Shown in pieces: positions 31,718-42,025 of a stretch of 64,000 bases of DNA (positions are counted from its first letter, which is position 1; each line of letters begins with the position of its first letter). Under the pieces are notes generated by a model. The model saw only the letters and a program-made list of their open reading frames with translations, ran no database searches and was not told where the DNA came from. The stretch covers positions 64,001 through 128,000 of the forward strand of contig CAWDOY010000054.1 in the NCBI GenBank assembly GCA_963803975.1, read 5' to 3'. Source of the DNA: an uncultured delta proteobacterium. GTDB taxonomy: Bacteria; Desulfobacterota; WTBG01; CAIYCZ01. The translations under genes and the position numbers were made by a program.

Positions 31718-32500
31718 ATGAAAGCTCTTCTGTTATCGCGCTGTCAATCCTCGCACGGTGCCCGCCAGGCGGATGGTGCTCTACTCGCAGCCCCCGGCCG
31801 CAGCGGTGATGTGCTCGATCCTCGCGGGCTATCCCAGCCCCAGTGACTGCGGACATATACGTGTAGACAGTTTTACGCACCGGCATGACGCTGCGATCAG
31901 TGAGTCCGCTGGCGCGGCGGCTATGACACAGGGCGTCCTGACGCGGCAGCGGTCGACTTCAGCGTCTTCTTTTATGATCGACCGCTGGCGGCAGCTGAGC
32001 CGCCATGTCGGCAGGCCGGAAGGGGACAGACGAGACGATCCGTTTTTGCGCGGTACTTCACCGGCGGTGCCGCGCAGTGAGACCCCTGCCGGAACGGTCA
32101 GCAATACGCCATGTACGATTACCGCTTGTGCGCCGCCGGCCCCCCTTGATGTGACGGCAGGTGTGAAGTACTGGATTCGCATCGAAGGGTATCAGCCGGT
32201 GACGCCCGACTGGGGCATTGCTGCCGGCACAGGAGGAGATGAAAAAATTTTCGCTTGTCAGCGGAGGGTGAGTTCAGGTTGCACCATGACGCGGTTCACG
32301 CTGCTCGATCTCCGGCAGCACTGGCACGATAGCGCAGACGTCAATGAAGCGGCAGCGTTGATGTGAGAGGGATTTCATGTTTGTCATCGGCAACTGGCGC
32401 GCAACCATGGACCCGCGGATGTGAACGGCAGCGGGTCGGTTGATGTTCAGGACCTGATCGCGCTCATCCGCGCATGGGGGCCATGCGCCGTAAAAAACAG
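31718..32500 (+). pseudogene. Heavily broken gene for a secreted protein with dockerin-like C-terminal repeats
   Basis: RBS aaggag, MKALLLS.., fragments VLYSQPP, YWIRIEG, ADVNGSGSVDVQDLIALIRAWGPC. Confidence 0.55.
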
Positions 32501-32588
32501 TTGACGGCACGGAATAGCGCGGCCGTACAGCATACCGCAGACTAAAAGATTTTGTGAAAAGTATCGAAACGGTCTCACCCTGTGTTGG

Positions 32589-32826
32589 GTCGTTGAGGAT
32601 GATGAAAAAATATTCCTGAAGACAATAATTCCCAACATCAAGGCAACCAAAAAGTATCTGGTAGATAGAAATGAATAAGAAAACTATCTGGATAATGAAG
32701 AAAAGGAACTGGCAAAATCACTTGAAACGAAGAGTGGATTTCCTGCCTGACGCAAAAAGATAAGGCCAAATACAAAGAATATGCCTGCCATGAGTCTCAA
32801 TAAGCAAAAACGATTACAGGATTAAT
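32589..32826 (+). pseudogene. Remnant TA pair (BrnT-like toxin C-terminus plus broken antitoxin)
   Basis: VEDDEKIFLKTIIPNIKATKKYL, then an overlapping ATG with YLDNEEKELAKSLE and KYKEYA fragments. Confidence 0.55.
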
Positions 32827-32929
32827 AGGTATTTTAGGGACGTTGTTACTTGACATTGCCAATGAGGGGTAAGGGATGTTGTTGACAAAGCATACAAACT
32901 GATAAATGAAAAGCAGACTTTCGGGCGGG

Positions 32930-33334
32930 TTAATCGGAGAACAGCATTTCAAAATCGCGGGGCCGTATAATAGCCTTGTCTCTGAACGTTTTAAGCGCAA
33001 GCAAGTCAGCATCTCCGGTAACGAGGTAATCCGCCCCGAAAGCAATGAAGACAATCAAGGACATTATCGTCACGGCATCCCTGCACGTGCCGACTGCAGT
33101 ATGTTCGGGATGCACCACGGACTGCGCGGCCTCGTTAATCAGCTGTACAGCCGACTGTATTTCTCCTTTTGTTGCCGATAGCTTGCCGCGCAGTATTGCC
33201 TGGAACTCATTGAGGATAAACGGGCAGGTTGTGAGATGAAACTGTTTTTTTCGCGCCCGTACAAGCAGTTTTGAGCAGACACCTTCGGTAAGAAATGCCG
33301 AAATCAGCACATTGGTATCAAAAACTACTTTCAC
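32930..33334 (-). CDS. PIN-domain toxin
   Basis: VVFDTNVLISA, CRD, ADYLVTGDADLL; possible compensating frameshifts near 33050-33075. Confidence 0.85.
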   Translation of the reverse strand: MKVVFDTNVLISAFLTEGVCSKLLVRARKKQFHLTTCPFILNEFQAILRGKLSATKGEIQSAVQLINEAAQSVVHPEHTAVGTCRDAVTIMSLIVFIAFGADYLVTGDADLLALKTFRDKAIIRPRDFEMLFSD

Positions 33335-33549
33335 GAAACAGCCTTGAATATATCTTCGTCGGTGACAAAGCCTGCTTTTTTTGCCTTTGCGCCGAGGGTC
33401 TTGCGCACAGCTTTATATTTTGTTTCCCAAAGGTACAGGCTTATTGACTCCTTGACAATGTCGCTTTTATTCCTGCCTGTTGATTTTGCAAAGGCATCAA
33501 GCTCTGACGATATTTTTCCGGGCAGACTGATGGAAAGCACTGTTCTCAT
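33331..33549 (-). CDS. CopG/ribbon-helix-helix antitoxin
   Basis: LSISLP...GRNKSDIVKESI; 4-bp overlap with the PIN gene. Confidence 0.85.
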   Translation of the reverse strand: MRTVLSISLPGKISSELDAFAKSTGRNKSDIVKESISLYLWETKYKAVRKTLGAKAKKAGFVTDEDIFKAVS

Positions 33550-33902
33550 GGCACACCTCCTGTATTACAATCTACTACAAGACTTCGACTACGTCAAGCA
33601 GCATTCCATAAAGTAGCATTGGGGTTTTGGTCAAACCAGGAAAATAAGGGAAAGATAATAAGTTTATGATCACTGACAGGCAGCGCACTTTTTATAATTG
33701 ATTACCCGTGGCATTGTTTATATGTTGCTATACTTATCACCCCATGAACAGTACCACTGGTTGGTATCACGTGATGGCCACGCAATAGAGAGCCTGCTTC
33801 ATATTCGTAGAAAATAGGGACAAAAATAAAAATAGCGACGCCTATCTTTAATAAATGACCGCTTTATCTCATTTAGGTCGGAATTTAGGAGGTGACAAGG
33901 CC

Positions 33903-34100
33903 ATGAAATCACAAAGCCTCGGATTGCGTGTGGCAAGCATTGTGTTCGGGTTTATGTCAGTAGTGCAATTAGCGCGGCTTATCATACGCCCCGAAGTGCT
34001 GGTGGCCGGCTATCTATTGCCGTTATGGCCAAGCGCTCTGGCCTTCGTGATCCTGGGCGGCCTGAGCCTCTGGCTGTGGAAACTTGCGCGTACGCATTAG
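33903..34100 (+). CDS. Small two-TM membrane protein
   Basis: RBS aggagg; 65 aa with two hydrophobic segments. Confidence 0.65.
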   Translation: MKSQSLGLRVASIVFGFMSVVQLARLIIRPEVLVAGYLLPLWPSALAFVILGGLSLWLWKLARTH

Positions 34101-34151
34101 AGGAAACAGCCGCTAATACAATTGACCGACGCAGCAAAATCTGACTCTCAT

Positions 34152-34195
34152 AAAAAACGGCAGGACCTTTATCGGCCCTGCCGTTCTGTTTTTTC
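34152..34195. terminator. Intrinsic terminator
   Basis: aaaacggcagg...cctgccgtt followed by a T-rich tail. Confidence 0.7.
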
Positions 34196-34421
34196 TGTAT
34201 GCACCGCGCGTGAGAAGGTTACTTCGCGCTTGACGTCTGCGCTGCCTCTATCTCTTTCATCCTGCTGGAAAGGCGCTTGAACAGGGTCCTGACAAACGGC
34301 ATCTGGTCTCATATATAGCGGTTCCCGCTCGTTCGTGTGGCATGACTACCCGCGAGGAGCTTCACGTTGACAAGCAAAATCATCTATGATAGGTGTTGCA
34401 TTGTAACAACACGTTAAATAC

Positions 34422-34985
34422 ATGGCAAAAATCCGCACGTTTATTGCATTGGAACTGCCGCAGGAGCTGAAAAAAGCCCTGGCTGACCTGCAGGCAGAAC
34501 TGCGCAGCCGCACTGCCTGCGTGCGGTGGGTAAAGCCGGAGCACATTCACCTGACGTTGAAATTTCTGGGGCCGACGGAAGAAGGGCTGGTGGAACCTGT
34601 CAGCAGGATATTAGTGAATCTGGCTGCGGCAGCAACTCCCTTCAGGACGCAGATCGCCGGGCTTGGCGCTTTTCCCAATTCGCGAAATCCGAAAGTCATC
34701 TGGGTCGGGATGCCGGGCGATCAAGGCAACCTGTTACAGTTCCAGGAACAACTGGAAGACGCACTGGCACACGTCGGTTTTGCTAAAGAGAAGCGCTCAT
34801 TTTCCCCTCACCTGACGCTCGGCAGGGTTAAGGAAGGCAAAGGGAAAAGGGAGCTTGAGCAGCTTATAGAAACATATCAAAGCAAAGACCTGGGAAATTT
34901 CGCGGCGGATACCATTTTTTTCTTCAGGAGTGATCTGCATCCAACCGGCCCGGTCTATTCTGCTTTGAAAACTATCAAGCTGTAA
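34422..34985 (+). CDS. thpR: RNA 2',3'-cyclic phosphodiesterase
   Basis: RTFIAL and two HLTL motifs; upstream of recA. Confidence 0.92.
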   Translation: MAKIRTFIALELPQELKKALADLQAELRSRTACVRWVKPEHIHLTLKFLGPTEEGLVEPVSRILVNLAAAATPFRTQIAGLGAFPNSRNPKVIWVGMPGDQGNLLQFQEQLEDALAHVGFAKEKRSFSPHLTLGRVKEGKGKRELEQLIETYQSKDLGNFAADTIFFFRSDLHPTGPVYSALKTIKL

Positions 34986-35090
34986 ACAGCTATCAGCCGT
35001 CAGCTAATAGCTTAAAATTATATGGAGCGCTGTTAGCTGAACGCTGACAGCTTTTTTACCTTACGACTATAAATACCGGAGGGGCTCTGC

Positions 35091-36158
35091 ATGACAAAAG
35101 ATCAGAACAAGGAAAAAGCGATTGACATGGCGGTCAGCCAGATTGAGAAGCAGTTTGGCAAAGGGTCAATTATGCGTCTCGGCGAGGAAGGGGCTCTGGT
35201 ACCGGATTTGCCGGTAATCCCCACCGGCTCCATAAGCCTTGATATAGCGCTGGGCCTCGGGGGAATCCCCCGTGGACGGGTGGCTGAGATCTTTGGCCCC
35301 GAGTCTTCAGGGAAGACGACCCTTGCCCTGCATATCATCGCAGAGTCTCAGAAACAGGGTGGGAATGCCGCTTTTATAGACGCGGAGCACGCGCTTGACG
35401 TCACCTATGCGCGCAAGCTCGGGGTTAAAACCGACGAGCTGCTTATCTCCCAGCCCGACAATGGCGAGCAGGCGCTGGAGATCAGCGAAGTGCTGGTGCG
35501 CAGCGGTGCTGTGGATGTCCTGGTGGTTGACTCGGTGGCCGCTCTGGTGCCGCGGGCGGAAATCGAGGGGGAGATGGGGGATGCCCACATGGGCCTTCAG
35601 GCGCGCCTGATGTCGCAGGCGTTGCGCAAACTGGCGGCAGCCATCAGCAAATCAATGACAGCGGTCATTTTCATTAACCAGATCCGCATGAAGATAGGGG
35701 TCATGTTCGGCAATCCGGAAACAACCACCGGCGGGAACGCGCTCAAATTCTATTCAACCATTCGCCTGGATATCAGAAAAATCGGCATGATCAAGGATGG
35801 CGAGAACGTCACCGGGCACCGCACCAGGGTAAAAGTGGTGAAAAACAAGGTCGCTCCTCCCTTCAGAGAAGTTGAGTTTGATATTATGTTTGGAGAAGGT
35901 ATTTCCCGCGAAGGCGATATCCTTGATCTGGGTGTCGAGGAAAACATTGTGGAGAAGAGCGGCGCCTGGTACTCGTATAAGGGTGACCGCATCGGCCAGG
36001 GCCGGGAGAATACCAAAGCGTTTCTCAAGGAGCACTCTGCAATTACCCGGGAACTTGAGGAAAAAATTCTCGACAAGGCCGGCATTGTAAGGAAGCCGGA
36101 AGAATTAAAGAAGCCGGAAGAACAGCCACCGAAGAGCAAGCAAAAGGATGGAAAGTGA
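35091..36158 (+). CDS. recA: Recombinase RecA
   Basis: [29 protein letters not shown]. Confidence 0.99.
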   Translation: MTKDQNKEKAIDMAVSQIEKQFGKGSIMRLGEEGALVPDLPVIPTGSISLDIALGLGGIPRGRVAEIFGPESSGKTTLALHIIAESQKQGGNAAFIDAEHALDVTYARKLGVKTDELLISQPDNGEQALEISEVLVRSGAVDVLVVDSVAALVPRAEIEGEMGDAHMGLQARLMSQALRKLAAAISKSMTAVIFINQIRMKIGVMFGNPETTTGGNALKFYSTIRLDIRKIGMIKDGENVTGHRTRVKVVKNKVAPPFREVEFDIMFGEGISREGDILDLGVEENIVEKSGAWYSYKGDRIGQGRENTKAFLKEHSAITRELEEKILDKAGIVRKPEELKKPEEQPPKSKQKDGK

Positions 36159-36612
36159 GACGGATTTTCAGAAAGTTCTTGCCAGCGCCTACCGTTTTCT
36201 TGCTCGCCGCCCGTACAGTCATGAAGAACTGAAGGCGCGACTTCTGCAAAAAGGTTTTGCGCCAGCAGTGACGGTTCATGCACTCGAAACCCTTGCCCGG
36301 CAGGGTTATCTCAATGATGAAGATGTGGCGCTGCAGTGGGCACGCTCGCTGGTCAGGAACCGGTCCTGGGGACGGGATAAAATAAGCGCCTATCTTTACC
36401 GCAAGGGCATTGCAAAAGAGATTATCGATGGGGTGCAAAAGACCGTATGGCAGGACTATGATGAGAGCATGGTCGCCCGGAAGGTCCTGGAAAAACATTT
36501 TGCCCGGGCCACGGAGCAGCCCTCGCTTGCAAAAAAAGCACGCTTCTTAAAGTCACGGGGCTTTTCTGCAGGTGTTGTTTACCGCAGCCTTAATATTGTT
36601 ATCGAAGACTAA
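36148..36612 (+). CDS. recX: Regulatory protein RecX
   Basis: [24 protein letters not shown]; follows recA. Confidence 0.88.
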   Translation: MESETDFQKVLASAYRFLARRPYSHEELKARLLQKGFAPAVTVHALETLARQGYLNDEDVALQWARSLVRNRSWGRDKISAYLYRKGIAKEIIDGVQKTVWQDYDESMVARKVLEKHFARATEQPSLAKKARFLKSRGFSAGVVYRSLNIVIED

Positions 36613-36679
36613 CCAGAGAGTAACCACAGAGCGCGCGAGCATAGCTGCTCCGCGACAACTGTGGTTGATGCAGGCCGCC

Positions 36680-39337
36680 ATGAAGACCTCAGGTGATATA
36701 CGCAAAGAATTTTTGAGCTATTTTCAAAACAGAAGCCACACCGTTGTTGAGAGTGCTTCGCTGATACCGCACAATGACCCCACGCTTCTTTTTACCAATG
36801 CCGGCATGGTGCAGTTTAAAGGGGTGTTCCTCGGCGAAGAGAAGCGCGACTACCGGCGCGCGGCTTCTTCTCAGAAATGCGTGCGGGCCGGGGGTAAACA
36901 TAATGACCTGGAGAATGTCGGCCGCACCGCACGTCACCATACGTTCTTTGAAATGCTGGGCAACTTTTCCTTTGGCGACTATTTCAAGGAAGAGGCAATC
37001 ACGATGGCCTGGGAGTTTCTTACCGGGCATCTCCAGCTTCCCCGGGAGAAGCTCTGGGTGACCGTGTATGAGGATGATGAAGAGGCTGCGGCCATCTGGC
37101 GGGAGCGGGTTGGCATAGATCCGGACCGCATCGCACGGATGGGGGAGAAGGATAACTTCTGGGCCATGGGAGAGACCGGCCCCTGCGGGCCCTGCTCGGA
37201 AATTATTATTGATCAGGGCGAGGAATTCAGCTGCGGCAGGCCTGAGTGCAGGATCGGGTGTGACTGCGACCGGTATCTGGAGCTGTGGAACCTGGTCTTT
37301 ATGCAGTTCAACCGGGATGAGCGCGGCAACAAAACACCCCTGCCCCGGCCCAGCATTGATACCGGCATGGGGCTTGAGAGAATCACCGCCGTGGTACAGG
37401 GCGTCACCAGTAACTACGATACCGACCTGTTTCTTCCCCTCACCGGCCATGTTGCACGGATTGCCGGTAAAAAGTACGGCGCTGACCCGGAAGCAGATAT
37501 TTCGATACGGATTATCGCCGATCATAGCCGGGCAACGGCCTTTCTTATCGGCGACGGGGTGCTGCCCTCCAATGAAGGGCGCGGCTATGTGCTGCGCAGG
37601 ATCATGCGCAGGGCTGCGCGCCACGGGAAAAAACTGGGACTGTCAAAGCCGTTCCTGTGTGATGTGGTGCGGATGGTGGCAGCGGAGATGAGCGGCGTGT
37701 ATCCGGATATCACGCGCTCCCTTGACTATATCGCCCGCGTGGTGCTTACCGAGGAGGAAAATTTTTCCACAACGCTTGAGTCAGGGCTCAGGATACTTCA
37801 GGAGGAGGTTGAAGCGTTACAGGCGAAAAATGAGCATACGGTACCCGGAACAATTGCCTTCCGGCTGTATGATACCTACGGCTTCCCCATTGATCTTACT
37901 CAGGACATTGCCGCTGAATACCGGATGCGGGTGGATGAGGAGGGGTTTCACCAGGCCATGCTTGAGCAGCGCAAGCGGGCGCGCGATGCATGGAAGGGCT
38001 CTGGCGAGGAGCAGATTGGAACACTCTATAAAAAACTGCTGCAGGACGGTATTGCGGTTACCTTTAAGGGCTATGAAGCGCCGCGGATTACATCTTCAGT
38101 CCGGGCGCTTATAAAACAGGGCGTACCAATACTGAGCGCTTCACCGGGAGAGGAGATTGAACTGGTGACTGCTGAGACCTGTTTTTATGGTGAAGCCGGC
38201 GGCCAGGCCGGTGATAGTGGAACAATCGGTAACGACCACGTTACCATTACAATTTCAGAAACCATCAGGCCCCTGCCTGATATCATTGTCCACCGCGGCA
38301 CCGTGGTTACGGGCAGTATCAGCCGGGGAGACGAGGTAACGCTTCAGGTTAATACGGACCAGCGGCAGGCAACAGCCGGCAACCACACGGCAACGCACAT
38401 TCTTCATGCAGCACTTCGCGAGGTGCTGGGCAATCATGTGAAACAGGCAGGTTCCCTGGTGGCAGCCGAGCGCTTGCGGTTTGACTTTACCCATTTTGCC
38501 CCGCTTACCAGAGAAGAGCTCGAGAACGTGGAAAATCTGGTCAACGAGCGGATTCGGGCCAACAGCCCGCTGGCAGTTACGGTGATGCCTCTGTCCGAGG
38601 CAATGTCCAGCGGCGCGACCGCTCTCTTTGGGGAAAAATATGGCGCAGAGGTCCGGGTTATACGCATTGCCGACTACAGCAGGGAGCTGTGCGGGGGCAC
38701 GCATACCGCGAGCACCGGAGAGATAGGACTCTTTAAAATAGTGAGTGAGGCAGGAATTGCTGCCGGCGTCAGGCGTATCGAAGCGCTCACCGGAAGAGAA
38801 GCCTATAATTATATTAAGCGGCAGGATGACCTGCTCCGGGATTTGACCCAGCTGTTAAAAACCGAGCGGGAGAGCATTCTCACAAAGGTCGAGCGCATGC
38901 TCCTGGAACAGAGGGACCGGGAAAAAGAACTCAATGCGCTCAAAAGCCAACTCATTGCCCGGGAGACAGGCAGTGTCCTGGATACCGCGCGTGATGTGTG
39001 CGGGGTCAGGGTCCTGGTGACAGAAGTTCCCGGGCAGGACATGAAAGCGCTTCGGGAATATGGGGATACCATAAAGGAGCAGCTGAAATCGGGTGTTATT
39101 GTTTTAGGGTCAGCTGTTGAGGGCAGCGCTCAAATCATCTCGATGGTTACTAAAGATAACGCAAAGCGCTTTTCAGCGAAAAAAATTATTGAAGCTGTTG
39201 CACCGATCATAGAAGGCAGAGGCGGGGGCAAAGACGAGATGGCTCAGGCCGGGGGTAAAAATACCGCCAAGCTATCAGAAGCCCTGGAGAAAGCCCGGTC
39301 TGTTATTGAGGAGATGGGGCAGAAAAGTAAAGGATAA
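36680..39337 (+). CDS. alaS: Alanine-tRNA ligase
   Basis: DPTLLFTNAGM, HHTFFEMLGNFSFGDYFK, HTATH, ELCGGTH. Confidence 0.98.
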   Translation: MKTSGDIRKEFLSYFQNRSHTVVESASLIPHNDPTLLFTNAGMVQFKGVFLGEEKRDYRRAASSQKCVRAGGKHNDLENVGRTARHHTFFEMLGNFSFGDYFKEEAITMAWEFLTGHLQLPREKLWVTVYEDDEEAAAIWRERVGIDPDRIARMGEKDNFWAMGETGPCGPCSEIIIDQGEEFSCGRPECRIGCDCDRYLELWNLVFMQFNRDERGNKTPLPRPSIDTGMGLERITAVVQGVTSNYDTDLFLPLTGHVARIAGKKYGADPEADISIRIIADHSRATAFLIGDGVLPSNEGRGYVLRRIMRRAARHGKKLGLSKPFLCDVVRMVAAEMSGVYPDITRSLDYIARVVLTEEENFSTTLESGLRILQEEVEALQAKNEHTVPGTIAFRLYDTYGFPIDLTQDIAAEYRMRVDEEGFHQAMLEQRKRARDAWKGSGEEQIGTLYKKLLQDGIAVTFKGYEAPRITSSVRALIKQGVPILSASPGEEIELVTAETCFYGEAGGQAGDSGTIGNDHVTITISETIRPLPDIIVHRGTVVTGSISRGDEVTLQVNTDQRQATAGNHTATHILHAALREVLGNHVKQAGSLVAAERLRFDFTHFAPLTREELENVENLVNERIRANSPLAVTVMPLSEAMSSGATALFGEKYGAEVRVIRIADYSRELCGGTHTASTGEIGLFKIVSEAGIAAGVRRIEALTGREAYNYIKRQDDLLRDLTQLLKTERESILTKVERMLLEQRDREKELNALKSQLIARETGSVLDTARDVCGVRVLVTEVPGQDMKALREYGDTIKEQLKSGVIVLGSAVEGSAQIISMVTKDNAKRFSAKKIIEAVAPIIEGRGGGKDEMAQAGGKNTAKLSEALEKARSVIEEMGQKSKG

Positions 39338-39354
39338 AAAAAGGCACAGAGGCA

Positions 39355-39383
39355 GCCCGCCTTCGCGCAAGGCTACGGCGGGC
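39355..39383. repeat. REP-like palindrome within an 8-mer (aaggcaca) tract
   Basis: gcccgccttcgcgcaaggctacggcgggc. Confidence 0.6.
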
Positions 39384-39572
39384 AAGCAGGCAATAGGCAC
39401 AAAGGCATAAAGCAAAGGGCTGTGTGCCCGCTGCGCCATAGCGACAGCGCGGCGAGCTGAGTAACGAGTGCTGAGCAGCAAGAGGGGAGACAGAAGACAG
39501 ACAACATATCGCAGAGGAATAAAGCAATGGCAGACCGCGGAATGGGGGAAAAGAAGCTTTCGCAGCTCTTTG

Positions 39573-40409
39573 CTAGAAAAAGAGGAATTTCTTTTTTGCT
39601 GTTTTCTGGGGTTGTTTATTCGCTTCTTCCTGCATGTTCTTTTTGATTTCTTCTTTTGGTGAGGGGGCGGCCAGAAGCACTTTGGCCTGTGCAGCATAGG
39701 GGCTTTCGGGATATTTCCTGATAAGGTACTGTAGAAATTTTACGCCCCGCTGCTTGTTTTCGGACAGGAAGTTTGCCTGGGCGATAGAAAAGATAACCCG
39801 GTCCCGGGGAATAGACGTGGGATAGTCTTTGAGGATGGTGTTGAAGCGGTTGATAGCGCCGGGATAGTTTTTATACTGCACATAAAACTGCCCGATAAAA
39901 AATTCGTGCTCTGCTATGATCCGTTTTGCTTCACTCAGTTTAAACAGGGCTTTGCCGGTATAGGGGCTGGCAGGATAGAGCTCAAGGAGCTGCTGGAATT
40001 GGTCTGCCGCTGCCCTGGCATAGGTAGGGTCCCGGTCAAGGGTTAAAATCTGGCTGTAGTAGCACAGGCCGATCATATAGATGCTGTAGGGTACGCTTTT
40101 ATTGTTGGGATGGAGGCGCCGGAAATTTTCAAAAGAATGAATGGCTTCGATATACTCCTCTTTATAATAGTGGGCATCCCCAATGCGGAGTTCCGCTAGT
40201 ATTGCATAGGGGCTCAACGGAAATTTTTCCTTTAACTCTTCAAAAGCAGGTATTGCATCAAAATAATTTCTGGCATTAAACTGAGTAATGGCGCGGTTGT
40301 AGTATTCCTCATCCGTTTTTAACGGTTTTTTGTCTGGAGCAGCAGCACAGGCCCAGATGCAGGTTACCAGCACTATACAGAAAAATCGCTTTAGCACGTG
40401 TCTCTTCAT
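39573..40409 (-). CDS. bamD: Outer membrane assembly lipoprotein BamD
   Basis: Lipobox-like IWAC, TPRs, FPLSPY, HEFFIGQFY, AINRF. Confidence 0.88.
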   Translation of the reverse strand: MKRHVLKRFFCIVLVTCIWACAAAPDKKPLKTDEEYYNRAITQFNARNYFDAIPAFEELKEKFPLSPYAILAELRIGDAHYYKEEYIEAIHSFENFRRLHPNNKSVPYSIYMIGLCYYSQILTLDRDPTYARAAADQFQQLLELYPASPYTGKALFKLSEAKRIIAEHEFFIGQFYVQYKNYPGAINRFNTILKDYPTSIPRDRVIFSIAQANFLSENKQRGVKFLQYLIRKYPESPYAAQAKVLLAAPSPKEEIKKNMQEEANKQPQKTAKKKFLFF

Positions 40410-40543
40410 TTCGATAATTAGGGTATCAAGGGAAATTTTCTTTGAGTTTATCGCGGTTTCAACATGCGCCGCGCTTTGATTGTTGCAGGATATACTGCCA
40501 TGAACCATAGTGATTGTCAATCAATAACCAGATGAGCAGATTC

Positions 40544-41953
40544 ATGGATACCTTAGCAATTATACTGCTTGCTGCAGGCAAGGGAACCAGGATGAAATCA
40601 GATACCGCGAAGGTCCTGCATCCGGTAGCCGGGCGGCCCATGCTCTTCTATCCTCTGCAGACCGCGCAGGCATTCTCGCCGCAGAAGCTGGTGGTCGTGG
40701 TAGGGCATCAGGCCGGCCAGGTAGAACAGGTGTTCAGCAATGAGAACCTGTTCTTTGTCCGCCAGGAGCAGCAGCTTGGCTCAGGACACGCCGTTGCTGT
40801 CACCGAGGAGGCGCTGCGGGGTTTTGCCGGGACCGTGCTCATTATGTGTGGTGATGTGCCGCTCATCAGGGTGGAAACCATTACGCGGTTTTTGAACGAA
40901 CACCGGCAGCGTGATGCAACCGTGAGCGTGTTAACGGTAAACCTTCAGGATCCTGCCGGGTACGGGAGAGTGGTGCGGGATGCCGCGGGTAGGATACAGA
41001 GCATTGTTGAACACCGGGATGCAACCGGGGAACAGCGCAGGATTCGGGAAATAAACACCGGCATTTACTGCTGCCAAGCCTCGTTTCTCTATGCAGCACT
41101 GAAAAACATTGAAAAAAATAATGACCAGGGTGAATATTATCTTCCTGATATTATTCACCTGGCAGTCAAAGAGGGTAAGCATGCCCTGGCAGTGCTGACC
41201 GAGGACTTTCAGGAAGTTAAGGGGATAAACGACCGCATTGACCTGGCTGAAGCGGAACGGGTCATGCGGGAGCGTATTCTGAAGCAGCACCTGCAGGACG
41301 GGGTAACGATTATTGACCCTGCCTCGACGTATATAGATTACGGGGTTACCATCGGACCGGACACCGTGATCTATCCGAACGCAAGCATCAGAGGGAAATC
41401 GGCCATCGGCAGCAACTGTACGGTTGATGCAAACTGCACGATCATACAGTCCATCATCGGCAACGGGGTTCATATCAAGCCGGCATGTGTGATAGACGCG
41501 AGCCGTATTGATGACCGCGTGACGATAGGCCCGTTTGCCCATCTGCGGCCCCAGACCGTGGTCGAAGAGGGGGGCCGGATTGGAAATTTTGTGGAAATTA
41601 AAAAATCCCGTATCGGCAGGGGCTCCAAGGCAAACCATCTGAGCTATATCGGCGATGCCACCATCGGCGAAGGGGTAAACATCGGGGCCGGCACCATTAC
41701 CTGCAATTATGACGGGAAAATAAAACACCCGACGGTTATTAAAGACCATGTTTTTGTGGGCAGCAATACCTCGCTGGTGGCGCCGGTAACAATCGGCGCG
41801 GGAGCTGTTATCGCTGCTGGTTCTACTATTACCAAAGATGTACCGGCTGGTTCACTTGCCGCAGGGCGGACGCGCCAGACCAATTATGAACACCGGTATC
41901 CGGTCAGTCGGAAAAAACGGGAAGGCAATGCCCCCGATAAAGGGCAGAGCTGA
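40544..41953 (+). CDS. glmU: Bifunctional GlmU
   Basis: LAAGKGTRMKS, GPFAHLRP, HLSYIGDA, GAGTITCNYDG. Confidence 0.97.
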   Translation: MDTLAIILLAAGKGTRMKSDTAKVLHPVAGRPMLFYPLQTAQAFSPQKLVVVVGHQAGQVEQVFSNENLFFVRQEQQLGSGHAVAVTEEALRGFAGTVLIMCGDVPLIRVETITRFLNEHRQRDATVSVLTVNLQDPAGYGRVVRDAAGRIQSIVEHRDATGEQRRIREINTGIYCCQASFLYAALKNIEKNNDQGEYYLPDIIHLAVKEGKHALAVLTEDFQEVKGINDRIDLAEAERVMRERILKQHLQDGVTIIDPASTYIDYGVTIGPDTVIYPNASIRGKSAIGSNCTVDANCTIIQSIIGNGVHIKPACVIDASRIDDRVTIGPFAHLRPQTVVEEGGRIGNFVEIKKSRIGRGSKANHLSYIGDATIGEGVNIGAGTITCNYDGKIKHPTVIKDHVFVGSNTSLVAPVTIGAGAVIAAGSTITKDVPAGSLAAGRTRQTNYEHRYPVSRKKREGNAPDKGQS

Positions 41954-42025
41954 ACTCATTAACTGCAATCAGCATTCAGGGGCAGGTTTACCCTGATTGC
42001 TGAAGCATGGACGAGGATCTTATAC

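Noticed and set aside
34219..34343. Possible 3' gene remnant on the minus strand (DQMPFVRTLFKRLSSRMKEIE)
   Set aside because: Too short to assign to any family
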